Shown here: piece after piece, positions 1-8,429 of the stretch
Numbering within the stretch: position 1 is the first letter of the stretch
How the letters are laid out: each line of letters starts with the position of its first letter
Source of the DNA: TPA_inf: Saccharomyces
Taxonomy: Eukaryota
DNA length: 64,000 bases
Assembly (NCBI GenBank): GCA_000146045.2
Contig: BK006944.2
Coordinates: forward strand, 288,001-352,000
Reading direction: 5' to 3'
Position numbers and translations under genes: made by a program
The notes under the pieces: generated by a model
Told to the model about the DNA's origin: nothing
Seen by the model: the letters and a program-made list of their open reading frames with translations, nothing else
The model's database searches: none

Positions 1-573
1 TTAACGAAAAGATGCGAACAGATTGCTCAGCTTGAGTTATCTTTTGATCGACAGATGAATTCCAATTCTAAGTTGCAGCAAGAGTTAGAATACAAAAAGT
101 CAAAAGAGGAAGCCTTAGAGTCTATGAACGTTAGGCTACTAGAACAAATTCAGCTTCAGGAAAGAGAGATTCAAGAGCTTTTAACTACTAACGCCATCTT
201 AAAGGGTGAACTAGAAACTCACACTAAACTTACTGAAACACGCAGTGAAAGGATAAAATCTTTGGAAAGTTCTGTCAAAGAGCTTTCTCTTAATAAATCT
301 GCAATCCCATCTCCTAGAAGAGGGTCTATGAGCTCGTCATCAGGAAATACTATGTTGCATATCGAGGAGGGTTCTGAAATATCAAATAGCCCTTGGTCAG
401 CCAATACTTCCTCAAAACCTTTAGTATGGGGCGCGAGAAAGGTTTCTTCTAGCAGTATAGCAACCACTGGATCACAGGAGTCTTTTGTGGCAAGACCGTT
501 CAAGAAGGGATTAAACCTCCATTCGATAAAAGTCACTTCGAGTACTCCAAAAAGTCCCTCTTCTGGAAGCTGA
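1..573 (+). CDS. SMY1: C-terminal portion of the kinesin-related protein Smy1 (partial; the ORF is open from window base 1 and the N-terminus lies upstream of the window)
   Basis: Frame 1 is open from base 1 to the stop at 571-573. The tail is predicted coiled-coil and Ser-rich. It lies directly upstream of DHR2 on the same strand, matching the chrXI order YKL079W-YKL078W. Identity rests on synteny and memory, not on the motor domain, which is outside the window. Confidence 0.65.
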   Translation, partial: LTKRCEQIAQLELSFDRQMNSNSKLQQELEYKKSKEEALESMNVRLLEQIQLQEREIQELLTTNAILKGELETHTKLTETRSERIKSLESSVKELSLNKSAIPSPRRGSMSSSSGNTMLHIEEGSEISNSPWSANTSSKPLVWGARKVSSSSIATTGSQESFVARPFKKGLNLHSIKVTSSTPKSPSSGS

Positions 574-844
574 CTATAATTAAGTTCGATAATTGTACGA
601 TACAACTGTGTAGTATCTTTGTAATTATAATCATGATGATAACGCTAATAATTTGTACGTATAATGCTGACTGAAAGATGTACTTTTCTTCTACCGTTTT
701 TCTTCGGCGGCTATTCGTTTACAATGATTTGGAAAAATGAGAAAAATTGAAAATAAAAAATTCTGCTCGATGAGATGAGATGAGGTTATGATATATATGT
801 AAGAATTCCTCAAGAAGAGGTTGCAAGAGTCTGCAGACATTATC

Positions 845-3052
845 ATGGCAGCAAATAGCAATAGTAGAGTTGCATCAAACCATACTTCTAAAAAACAAAA
901 GGTTAGGAGGAATATACATCCATTCACGAATAACACTCGGATTAAAAGAGCTAGTAAAATCGTAAAGTTTAATGATTCAGGCGAGGGCGACCATGTTTCA
1001 GACCAACGTTCGAACAAGGAAAATGTCCTTACTTATAAATCTTTGAAAAGTCGGGCAAGCGATTTACTCAAAATGAGAGAAACACTTCCCGTTTACCAAC
1101 ACAAGCGAGAAATAATGTCATATATTGAAAGCAATCCCGTTACCGTCCTTATTGGTGAAACAGGTTCTGGTAAATCAACACAAATTCCGCAATTCGTATT
1201 AGAAAAATTATATGATACGAAGAAGCATGGGTCGATTGCTGTAACTCAACCCCGTCGTGTTGCGGCCATCAATTTGGCTACACGTGTTGCTCAAGAACAT
1301 GGTTGCAAACTGGGTGAACAAGTAGGTTATTCTGTCAGATTTGACAATACGACTACTACAAGAACAAGACTTAAGTATCTGACTGACGGTATGTTACTTA
1401 GAGAACTTATGATGAATAGTGACCTTAGAGAATACAGCGTCATCGTTATCGATGAAGCGCATGAAAGAACTGTGCTTACAGATTTGATATTGGGGTTCTT
1501 AAAATCCTTGATACAAGGGCCAAGACCTGATTTGAGAATAATTGTTATGTCTGCAACATTGCAAGCCGAAAAATTTAGTGAGTTCTTCAATAATGCCCCA
1601 ATCTTATTTGTAGAAGGAAGAAAATTTGATGTCAAACAATACTACTTGAAGGCGCCAACAGATGATATAGTAGACGCTGTCATCAGGTGTTGTATACAAA
1701 TAAACCAAGGTGAAGAACTGGGAGATATCTTATGTTTTTTACCGGGCCAAGAAGAGATTGACAAAGCAGTGACTATAATGGAGAAAATTGCAAAGTATGT
1801 TTCAGATGAGGCCCCAGTACCATTAATAGTTCCTTATCCTTTATATGCAGCTCTTCCCGCGGTCCAACAGTCCTTGGTCTTCGCTCCGATAAAGGGTTTC
1901 AAGAGAAAAGTCGTCTTTAGTACCAATATTGCAGAAACATCTGTTACCATATCCGGTGTTAAATTTGTCGTTGATTCTGGTCTTCGAAAAGTCAAAGTTT
2001 GGAGACATCAGCTGGGATTAGCCACTCTACTTACCGTACCCATTTCTCAGGCAAGTGCGATGCAGAGAAGTGGTCGTGCTGGTAGAGAAAGTGAAGGAAA
2101 GAGTTTCAGGCTTTATTGTGAGTCTGATTATGTGAAATTACCTAAACAAAGTGAACCTGAAATAGCCAGAAGTGACGTCACATCTCCTGTGTTAATGTTG
2201 AAGAGATATGGTGTTGATGACCTGCTAAACTGGACCTGGTTTGAGAACCCTGGAAAGGAAGCTATAGTAATGGGGCTTCAGGAACTTTATGAATTGGGTG
2301 CTCTTGACACTCGTGGAAAGATAACTAAACGGGGTCAACAAATGGCTCTGTTACCGCTACAACCGCATTTAAGTAGTGTCTTAATTAAAGCCAGTGAAGT
2401 CGGATGTTTGAGTCAGGTCATTGATATCGTCTCTTGCCTTAGTGTGGAAAATTTACTGTTGAATCCGTCACCAGAAGAAAGAGATGAGGTGAACGAGCGT
2501 CGTTTGTCCTTATGCAACGCTGGTAAAAGGTATGGTGACCTTATCATGCTGAAAGAGCTTTTTGATATCTATTTCTACGAACTAGGGAAAAGTCAAGATG
2601 CAAGCTCTGAAAGAAATGATTGGTGTAAAGGATTGTGTATTTCGATACGTGGGTTTAAAAATGTAATTCGTGTCAGAGACCAGTTAAGAGTTTATTGTAA
2701 GCGTTTGTTTTCTTCAATCAGTGAAGAGGATGAAGAATCCAAAAAGATTGGTGAAGATGGCGAGCTAATTTCGAAAATTTTAAAGTGTTTCTTAACTGGG
2801 TTTATCAAGAATACAGCTATAGGGATGCCAGACAGGTCTTATAGAACTGTTTCCACTGGAGAGCCGATAAGCATTCATCCATCATCTATGCTATTTATGA
2901 ATAAAAGCTGCCCCGGTATAATGTACACGGAGTATGTCTTTACTACGAAGGGATATGCCAGAAATGTTAGTAGGATTGAACTTTCATGGTTACAAGAAGT
3001 TGTCACTAATGCAGCCGCTGTAGCAAAGCAAAAAGTTTCTGATTCAAAATAA
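845..3052 (+). CDS. DHR2: DEAH-box ATP-dependent RNA helicase (nucleolar, ribosome biogenesis)
   Basis: Walker A GETGSGKST, DEAH box (IDEAHER), SAT motif and the HA2 / OB-fold region are present. The track ORF is 743 aa. Starting at the second in-frame Met (MAANSNS...) gives 735 aa, which matches the remembered DHR2 length. Confidence 0.9.
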   Translation: MAANSNSRVASNHTSKKQKVRRNIHPFTNNTRIKRASKIVKFNDSGEGDHVSDQRSNKENVLTYKSLKSRASDLLKMRETLPVYQHKREIMSYIESNPVTVLIGETGSGKSTQIPQFVLEKLYDTKKHGSIAVTQPRRVAAINLATRVAQEHGCKLGEQVGYSVRFDNTTTTRTRLKYLTDGMLLRELMMNSDLREYSVIVIDEAHERTVLTDLILGFLKSLIQGPRPDLRIIVMSATLQAEKFSEFFNNAPILFVEGRKFDVKQYYLKAPTDDIVDAVIRCCIQINQGEELGDILCFLPGQEEIDKAVTIMEKIAKYVSDEAPVPLIVPYPLYAALPAVQQSLVFAPIKGFKRKVVFSTNIAETSVTISGVKFVVDSGLRKVKVWRHQLGLATLLTVPISQASAMQRSGRAGRESEGKSFRLYCESDYVKLPKQSEPEIARSDVTSPVLMLKRYGVDDLLNWTWFENPGKEAIVMGLQELYELGALDTRGKITKRGQQMALLPLQPHLSSVLIKASEVGCLSQVIDIVSCLSVENLLLNPSPEERDEVNERRLSLCNAGKRYGDLIMLKELFDIYFYELGKSQDASSERNDWCKGLCISIRGFKNVIRVRDQLRVYCKRLFSSISEEDEESKKIGEDGELISKILKCFLTGFIKNTAIGMPDRSYRTVSTGEPISIHPSSMLFMNKSCPGIMYTEYVFTTKGYARNVSRIELSWLQEVVTNAAAVAKQKVSDSK

Positions 3053-3452
3053 GTCACCTACTCTTAGCGCATTTTTATTGTATATAAAGGCATTTAATGT
3101 AATTTATAGAGCATTATAAATCGTAACAACTACTGCAGTATGAGTTTCATGGATTCATTTCTCAATATCTTATGAATATACACAGGTATATATGTATATT
3201 CATGTTAAACGCCTTTCGAATTGTTCGTTGGCTTTTTTTGTGAAATTATCTCGGGAAAAGGGCGAAATTATATTATTTTGCCGTTGACATTTTGAAAAGG
3301 AATAAAAGATCATGAAAAAAATAAGAAAGGCAATTCGACGCATTTCTCTCAGCAAGCTATTCTTTACTTTTGAAGAACAAAATATTTTAGCAAAAAGGTT
3401 AAGACAATATAGTCGGAAGCAGTTCTGCGGGATCTGAAGGAATTGCGGAATA

Positions 3453-4631
3453 ATGAGATTTCACGATAGTATACTTATCTTCTTTTCTTTGGCATCGCTT
3501 TATCAACATGTTCATGGTGCAAGACAAGTCGTTCGTCCAAAGGAGAAAATGACTACTTCAGAAGAAGTTAAACCTTGGTTACGTACGGTTTATGGAAGTC
3601 AAAAAGAATTAGTCACTCCTACGGTCATTGCCGGTGTCACTTTTTCTGAAAAACCAGAAGAAACACCAAATCCATTGAAACCTTGGGTATCTTTAGAGCA
3701 TGATGGTAGGCCAAAAACCATTAAACCAGAAATCAACAAAGGTCGAACCAAGAAGGGAAGACCTGATTACTCAACTTACTTCAAAACGGTAAGTTCCCAC
3801 ACATATTCTTATGAAGAATTGAAGGCTCACAATATGGGCCCTAATGAAGTTTTTGTAGAAGAAGAGTATATTGATGAAGATGACACCTACGTCTCCCTGA
3901 ATCCTATTGTCAGATGTACTCCTAATCTTTACTTCAATAAAGGTCTAGCAAAGGATATCCGCAGTGAGCCATTTTGTACCCCTTATGAGAATTCTAGATG
4001 GAAGGTTGACAAGACTTACTTCGTTACTTGGTATACAAGATTTTTTACAGATGAGAATTCCGGTAAAGTTGCTGATAAGGTTCGTGTTCATTTGTCCTAT
4101 GTTAAAGAAAACCCCGTAGAGAAGGGCAATTATAAAAGAGATATCCCTGCAACTTTTTTCTCTTCCGAATGGATTGATAATGACAACGGTCTAATGCCGG
4201 TTGAGGTCAGAGATGAATGGCTGCAGGACCAATTTGATCGTAGGATCGTTGTATCAGTTCAGCCAATATACATATCAGATGAAGATTTCGATCCACTACA
4301 ATACGGTATTTTATTATACATCACTAAGGGTTCAAAAGTGTTTAAGCCTACTAAGGAGCAACTGGCTTTAGACGATGCAGGTATAACAAATGATCAGTGG
4401 TATTATGTTGCATTATCTATCCCTACTGTCGTGGTGGTATTTTTCGTCTTCATGTACTTTTTCTTATATGTCAACGGGAAAAACAGAGATTTCACAGATG
4501 TTACTAGAAAAGCTTTAAACAAGAAACGCCGTGTTTTGGGTAAGTTCTCGGAGATGAAGAAATTCAAAAACATGAAAAATCACAAGTACACCGAATTGCC
4601 ATCTTATAAGAAAACCAGTAAACAAAATTAG
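3453..4631 (+). CDS. PSG1: Secretory-pathway membrane protein YKL077W (N-terminal signal peptide, C-terminal TM segment, lysine-rich tail)
   Basis: 392-aa ORF with a hydrophobic N-terminus (ILIFFSLASLYQHVHG), a TM helix near the C-terminus (ALSIPTVVVVFFVFMYFFLYV) and a KK-rich tail. Length and position match YKL077W. Confidence 0.75.
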   Translation: MRFHDSILIFFSLASLYQHVHGARQVVRPKEKMTTSEEVKPWLRTVYGSQKELVTPTVIAGVTFSEKPEETPNPLKPWVSLEHDGRPKTIKPEINKGRTKKGRPDYSTYFKTVSSHTYSYEELKAHNMGPNEVFVEEEYIDEDDTYVSLNPIVRCTPNLYFNKGLAKDIRSEPFCTPYENSRWKVDKTYFVTWYTRFFTDENSGKVADKVRVHLSYVKENPVEKGNYKRDIPATFFSSEWIDNDNGLMPVEVRDEWLQDQFDRRIVVSVQPIYISDEDFDPLQYGILLYITKGSKVFKPTKEQLALDDAGITNDQWYYVALSIPTVVVVFFVFMYFFLYVNGKNRDFTDVTRKALNKKRRVLGKFSEMKKFKNMKNHKYTELPSYKKTSKQN

Positions 4632-4837
4632 ATTCCCTTCGAAGTATGCATTCACCCTTCCTCGAGAGGGCTGTTTTTATCTTCCGTCACACTAATAGAA
4701 AACCACTCTATCCAGTTTTTTTTGTTACTTAACTTATCTTAACTCGATATTGTATAAATACTGAAGTCCATATACTTCTTTTTTTCTCCTTTGGATAGTA
4801 AATACGGTAAATTAAAATTAGTGTAAACTGAACAATA

Positions 4838-5221
4838 TTAACATATATAAATCATCTGTACGACAATTTGATACCAAATAAATAGAGAATGCATCAGCAT
4901 CCTCCAGGGTTCAAAAGAAAACGCTGGATCTTGCTTCTTTTCCTTTGATTTCTCCTTATATCCATTTCTGTCTTGCAGCAACTTCACATATTTTTTCCAG
5001 TGTAATGACCCTTGGATCAGGCTTAAAATGACGCTCAACCACATTATCATCTCCTTCCACATTCCTGCTAAGTAAGCTTTCTTCGTCGCCCTCGCTATTG
5101 TCCACATTATCTTCATCTTCATCATCATCTCCGCCGACGTCTTCAATGTAGTAGAAAAAGGGTTCCAACACCAACATAATTTTCCAGAAGTTGTTCGTGC
5201 CACAATTAGCAAACAAGACAT
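4838..5221 (-). CDS. PSY1: Dubious ORF overlapping the 3' end of YKL075C (YKL076C / PSY1), probably non-coding
   Basis: 127-aa ORF that lies partly inside and antisense-frame relative to the 450-aa YKL075C ORF. The sequence is low-complexity with no domain. Listed only because it matches a known dubious annotation. Confidence 0.15.
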   Translation of the reverse strand: MSCLLIVARTTSGKLCWCWNPFSTTLKTSAEMMMKMKIMWTIARATKKAYLAGMWKEMIMWLSVILSLIQGSLHWKKYVKLLQDRNGYKEKSKEKKQDPAFSFEPWRMLMHSLFIWYQIVVQMIYIC

Positions 5222-6308
5222 CTACAAGGGCAGGTAGGTATTCCAATTCAATGTACTCCTCTGCGCAACAAACAAATTCATCTAATTCGTAATCTTGCTC
5301 ATCAGCAGATAATGTAGAATACATTTCTGATAACAACGTTAATTCTTTGCTAATTGTTTTTGGAATATCTTCTCGAGCTTGCCATAACAGCTTTTGCGCT
5401 CTTTCCAGTCTTTCTTGGCTAACGGCATCATCCTTGCTCTCTTTTTCGCCTTTATCACCTTGGACATTTTCGGAGTCTTGTAGAGAAGGCAAGAATCCGT
5501 TCTTTTCGCTTTTGACCATAAGCTCATTGTATTCGTTATAGAGGGAGATAATTTTCATCATAGGCTTGTATAATTGCTGACAGACTTTCATTTCCGAGTA
5601 AGGTACAATGACTTTTTCCAAATAGTGATTGATCAGTCCTTCCATGAAGTTTGCCCAAATTGACGAAAATACATAATCCTCGTCGTAAGTCGATTCCGTA
5701 AAATCTTGGTTGATGTTATGCTGTATGATTTGCTCTGTAAGAGTTGGGAAAAGGTTTTTATGGCTTTTGACCATTTCATCTCTCAAAGCAGTAGATCCAG
5801 CGCTATCTGCTCCTTTAGTAGAATTTTCCAAACTATTATCTGTTGAAGACGCCTCTGAGTTCTTTTCACCATCTGTCTTATCTAGCCAGTATTCCGGACC
5901 ACCCTTTTCAGACAATGTCACCAATAAAAGGAAGAGTTTTACTTTAACCCACGGGTTTAGCGAGTTTACATAGGCGTCCGTAATTTTGCTAACATCGATA
6001 TTTATTTTTCTATGGATGCATTTGATAAATTTTTCAATGTAATGTGATTTTTTCAATCCGTATTTTTCATTCAGATATCCAACCGAAGTGATTACGTCGT
6101 AATTTGTATTTTCCATGTTCGTATGCTTCAAAAAGTTGAATGTTAACTTTCGTCTATTTCCATAATGTCTTTCTCTTTTCTCCTCACCTTTCTTCTTTCT
6201 TCTAATCTTTTTTTCTTTTGAAGCACCCAATTTAAGACATCTTTTACAGGTACAGTCCTTTAACGATGGCTCGTTGGCCGCTTGCTTGGGCAATAAATCT
6301 TTAGCCAT
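4956..6308 (-). CDS. YKL075C: Protein of unknown function YKL075C
   Basis: 450-aa ORF with an acidic D/E-rich N-terminus and a basic C-terminal region containing a C-x2-C...C pair. Length and position match YKL075C. Confidence 0.8.
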   Translation of the reverse strand: MAKDLLPKQAANEPSLKDCTCKRCLKLGASKEKKIRRKKKGEEKRERHYGNRRKLTFNFLKHTNMENTNYDVITSVGYLNEKYGLKKSHYIEKFIKCIHRKINIDVSKITDAYVNSLNPWVKVKLFLLLVTLSEKGGPEYWLDKTDGEKNSEASSTDNSLENSTKGADSAGSTALRDEMVKSHKNLFPTLTEQIIQHNINQDFTESTYDEDYVFSSIWANFMEGLINHYLEKVIVPYSEMKVCQQLYKPMMKIISLYNEYNELMVKSEKNGFLPSLQDSENVQGDKGEKESKDDAVSQERLERAQKLLWQAREDIPKTISKELTLLSEMYSTLSADEQDYELDEFVCCAEEYIELEYLPALVDVLFANCGTNNFWKIMLVLEPFFYYIEDVGGDDDEDEDNVDNSEGDEESLLSRNVEGDDNVVERHFKPDPRVITLEKICEVAARQKWI

Positions 6309-6609
6309 CTTCTTTGGCGCGCTATACTAGGCTTGATTTATAATGTTAGTTATTCCAAAAATGTGAAGGAAATTGATCAAGGCAAGCTCTAATGATGATT
6401 ATTGACCCATGCAACAAAAAAAGTTTGAATTCTCTTAATTTTCCAGATCGCAAGTTAGTAGTCAATCTGCTAACTTTCGTTATATTTCAAAAAAGTAATT
6501 GTACAAAAAAAGTCACCAAAAACGAGGACTTTTTTCACTGCGTTAAAGATTAGATCTACATAATGAATACTCAATTCTTTACTTAATTTCGCTCTACAAA
6601 ATAGACCAT

Positions 6610-8193
6610 TTAGGAAAGTTGGGTTGCTTCCATCATGTCAAAGTCGTCCTCATCTATATAAGTACACAGAACAGTGCGATCGTTGAATTGCGTACCCGGC
6701 AATTCTTCCATTGCGTGTTTTGCTGCCTCCAAGGTCTTGAACTTGATATAAATATTACCGGCTCCGGAAGCCAAGTTTTCAAAATTAAGTCTGTAATCGA
6801 CGCCGGGTTGGCATATTTTAATCGTATCTGCTCCCGCGATACTATACTTTAATGTTTCTTTAATTTCTGTGATAAAGGTTTCATCTTTCAAATCCAATGG
6901 ATCAAGACAATTTAAGAGCAACAAAACTCTCGATTCAACACGAACAGATTGGGTAACCAGATTTGGCAGGCTTTGAAACGTAATCCATGAAGTAACTTGT
7001 GATATCTTTCCATCATTTGGCTTGAACCATTTGTATGGTTTTAATTTATCAAGAATATCCTGAGTGACGACTTCAAACGATAATAGAATACATTTAGTGA
7101 ATTCGGATTCTTTGCCAGTGTTGTTTGTATTGGACGAACATTTGTAAAAAAGTGGCTTAGCGGTACCGTTTGTTACATTCAATGACGAAAAAAGCTCTTT
7201 CATTCTATAATCTTCACCCTCGCCTATATTTTCCAAATTTTCCAATGCAATTACCGTACCCCTGCAAAAATCGACCAGATGATCAAGTTGTTGAACATAA
7301 TCATTAGGTCTTCTCCATTTTAAGTCGAAAGTACCAAGCTTCGCATTAAAGAATGATCGACAGGCCAAAACCATAGTGCTACAGATCTGAGAACTAAACT
7401 CAACAATAATATGGTCCGGCCTTCCTTCACCAATATAAAAGTTGGAAATTTTAAAGTCCTCCGCATTACTCTCAGTTTTCTGGAGACCTGAAATAAAATT
7501 TTCCAGCAAATCTTTCAATCTTGCTACAATGCTGGGGTCGCTGCTTTGAGACAAGCCCGAAATTACAAGCCTTGAATTTGCCTTGGATGAGGCCATGTTG
7601 TAGTAAGCCGGAGAATCGAATGATGAACCCGGGTACATTACATTTTGGGAATTATAGTTCATGTCATATTTATTAGTTTGCAACTGCCTTTTATCACGGT
7701 CGCCATTGAATTTAGAACCTTCGTTCTTCCTTTGGTAATTGAAACGATCGTAGTTTCCGTTTCCATTTCTTCCCCTTCTATCGAACCTTTCATTTCTTCC
7801 TCTTCTTTCATCCCGTTGCCTATTATAGGGATTGTTGTTCCATTGGGGCCCAGTATTGTGACTACTATACCGATTCTCCCTGTTATATGATCTTCCCGAT
7901 GCATCCCGATAACTTTGACGATGAGGACCTGCCCTTGTTTGTTCATAAGTCGTTCGATTCGTGCTCATAGTAATTATTGACGATGGTCCTCTGTTATTAG
8001 AATGTGAAACGTTTCTACTTTTTGGCGCTTTCGGAAGCTCACCGTCACTTTTTTGCCTCTTAAAATGTGTATCTATAACTGCATTATCCGTGTTGAATCT
8101 TTTGTTCTCAATCGGCACAACATCCTTTTCTGATTTTCCTATAGACTCCATTATTTTGGATCTCAAATCCTCCAGTCTCTTTTCATCAGCCAT
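6610..8193 (-). CDS. MUD2: Pre-mRNA splicing commitment-complex factor (U2AF65-like, branchpoint bridging partner)
   Basis: 527-aa ORF with an N-terminal R/N/Y-rich low-complexity region and C-terminal RRM-like segments. Length and position match MUD2 (YKL074C). Confidence 0.85.
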   Translation of the reverse strand: MADEKRLEDLRSKIMESIGKSEKDVVPIENKRFNTDNAVIDTHFKRQKSDGELPKAPKSRNVSHSNNRGPSSIITMSTNRTTYEQTRAGPHRQSYRDASGRSYNRENRYSSHNTGPQWNNNPYNRQRDERRGRNERFDRRGRNGNGNYDRFNYQRKNEGSKFNGDRDKRQLQTNKYDMNYNSQNVMYPGSSFDSPAYYNMASSKANSRLVISGLSQSSDPSIVARLKDLLENFISGLQKTESNAEDFKISNFYIGEGRPDHIIVEFSSQICSTMVLACRSFFNAKLGTFDLKWRRPNDYVQQLDHLVDFCRGTVIALENLENIGEGEDYRMKELFSSLNVTNGTAKPLFYKCSSNTNNTGKESEFTKCILLSFEVVTQDILDKLKPYKWFKPNDGKISQVTSWITFQSLPNLVTQSVRVESRVLLLLNCLDPLDLKDETFITEIKETLKYSIAGADTIKICQPGVDYRLNFENLASGAGNIYIKFKTLEAAKHAMEELPGTQFNDRTVLCTYIDEDDFDMMEATQLS

Positions 8194-8330
8194 CTCCGTG
8201 TGCTTGTTTTCTGTGTCAATTAACTTTCCTTTTCTACTTCTTTTATATTAGCATGTACAGTTTAATTTCTCATCTCGAATTTTTTCAGCACTTGCTAATT
8301 AGGCGCGCGCCTCAAATATATAATATCGAA

Positions 8331-8337
8331 CACGCTG
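8331..8337 (-). promoter_or_regulatory. UPRE core (CAGCGTG on the minus strand) in the LHS1 promoter, followed by a TATA-like TATAAAAG
   Basis: The plus strand reads gaaCACGCTGttataaaag. The reverse complement contains CAGCGTG, the Hac1 UPRE-1 core as in KAR2. It lies about 95 bp upstream of the LHS1 signal-peptide ATG. LHS1 is a known UPR target. Confidence 0.55.
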
Positions 8338-8429
8338 TTATAAAAGTGATCCATTCTACAGCGTAATATTAACAGTATCGCTCCTGCAGTATTCTGGCAT
8401 TATTAGTGCAAATAAGTACGCATATTACC

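Noticed and set aside
7645-7946. Overlapping 81-aa plus-strand and 95-aa minus-strand ORFs inside MUD2
   Set aside because: They lie inside the R/N/Y-rich low-complexity segment of MUD2 and are a frame artifact.
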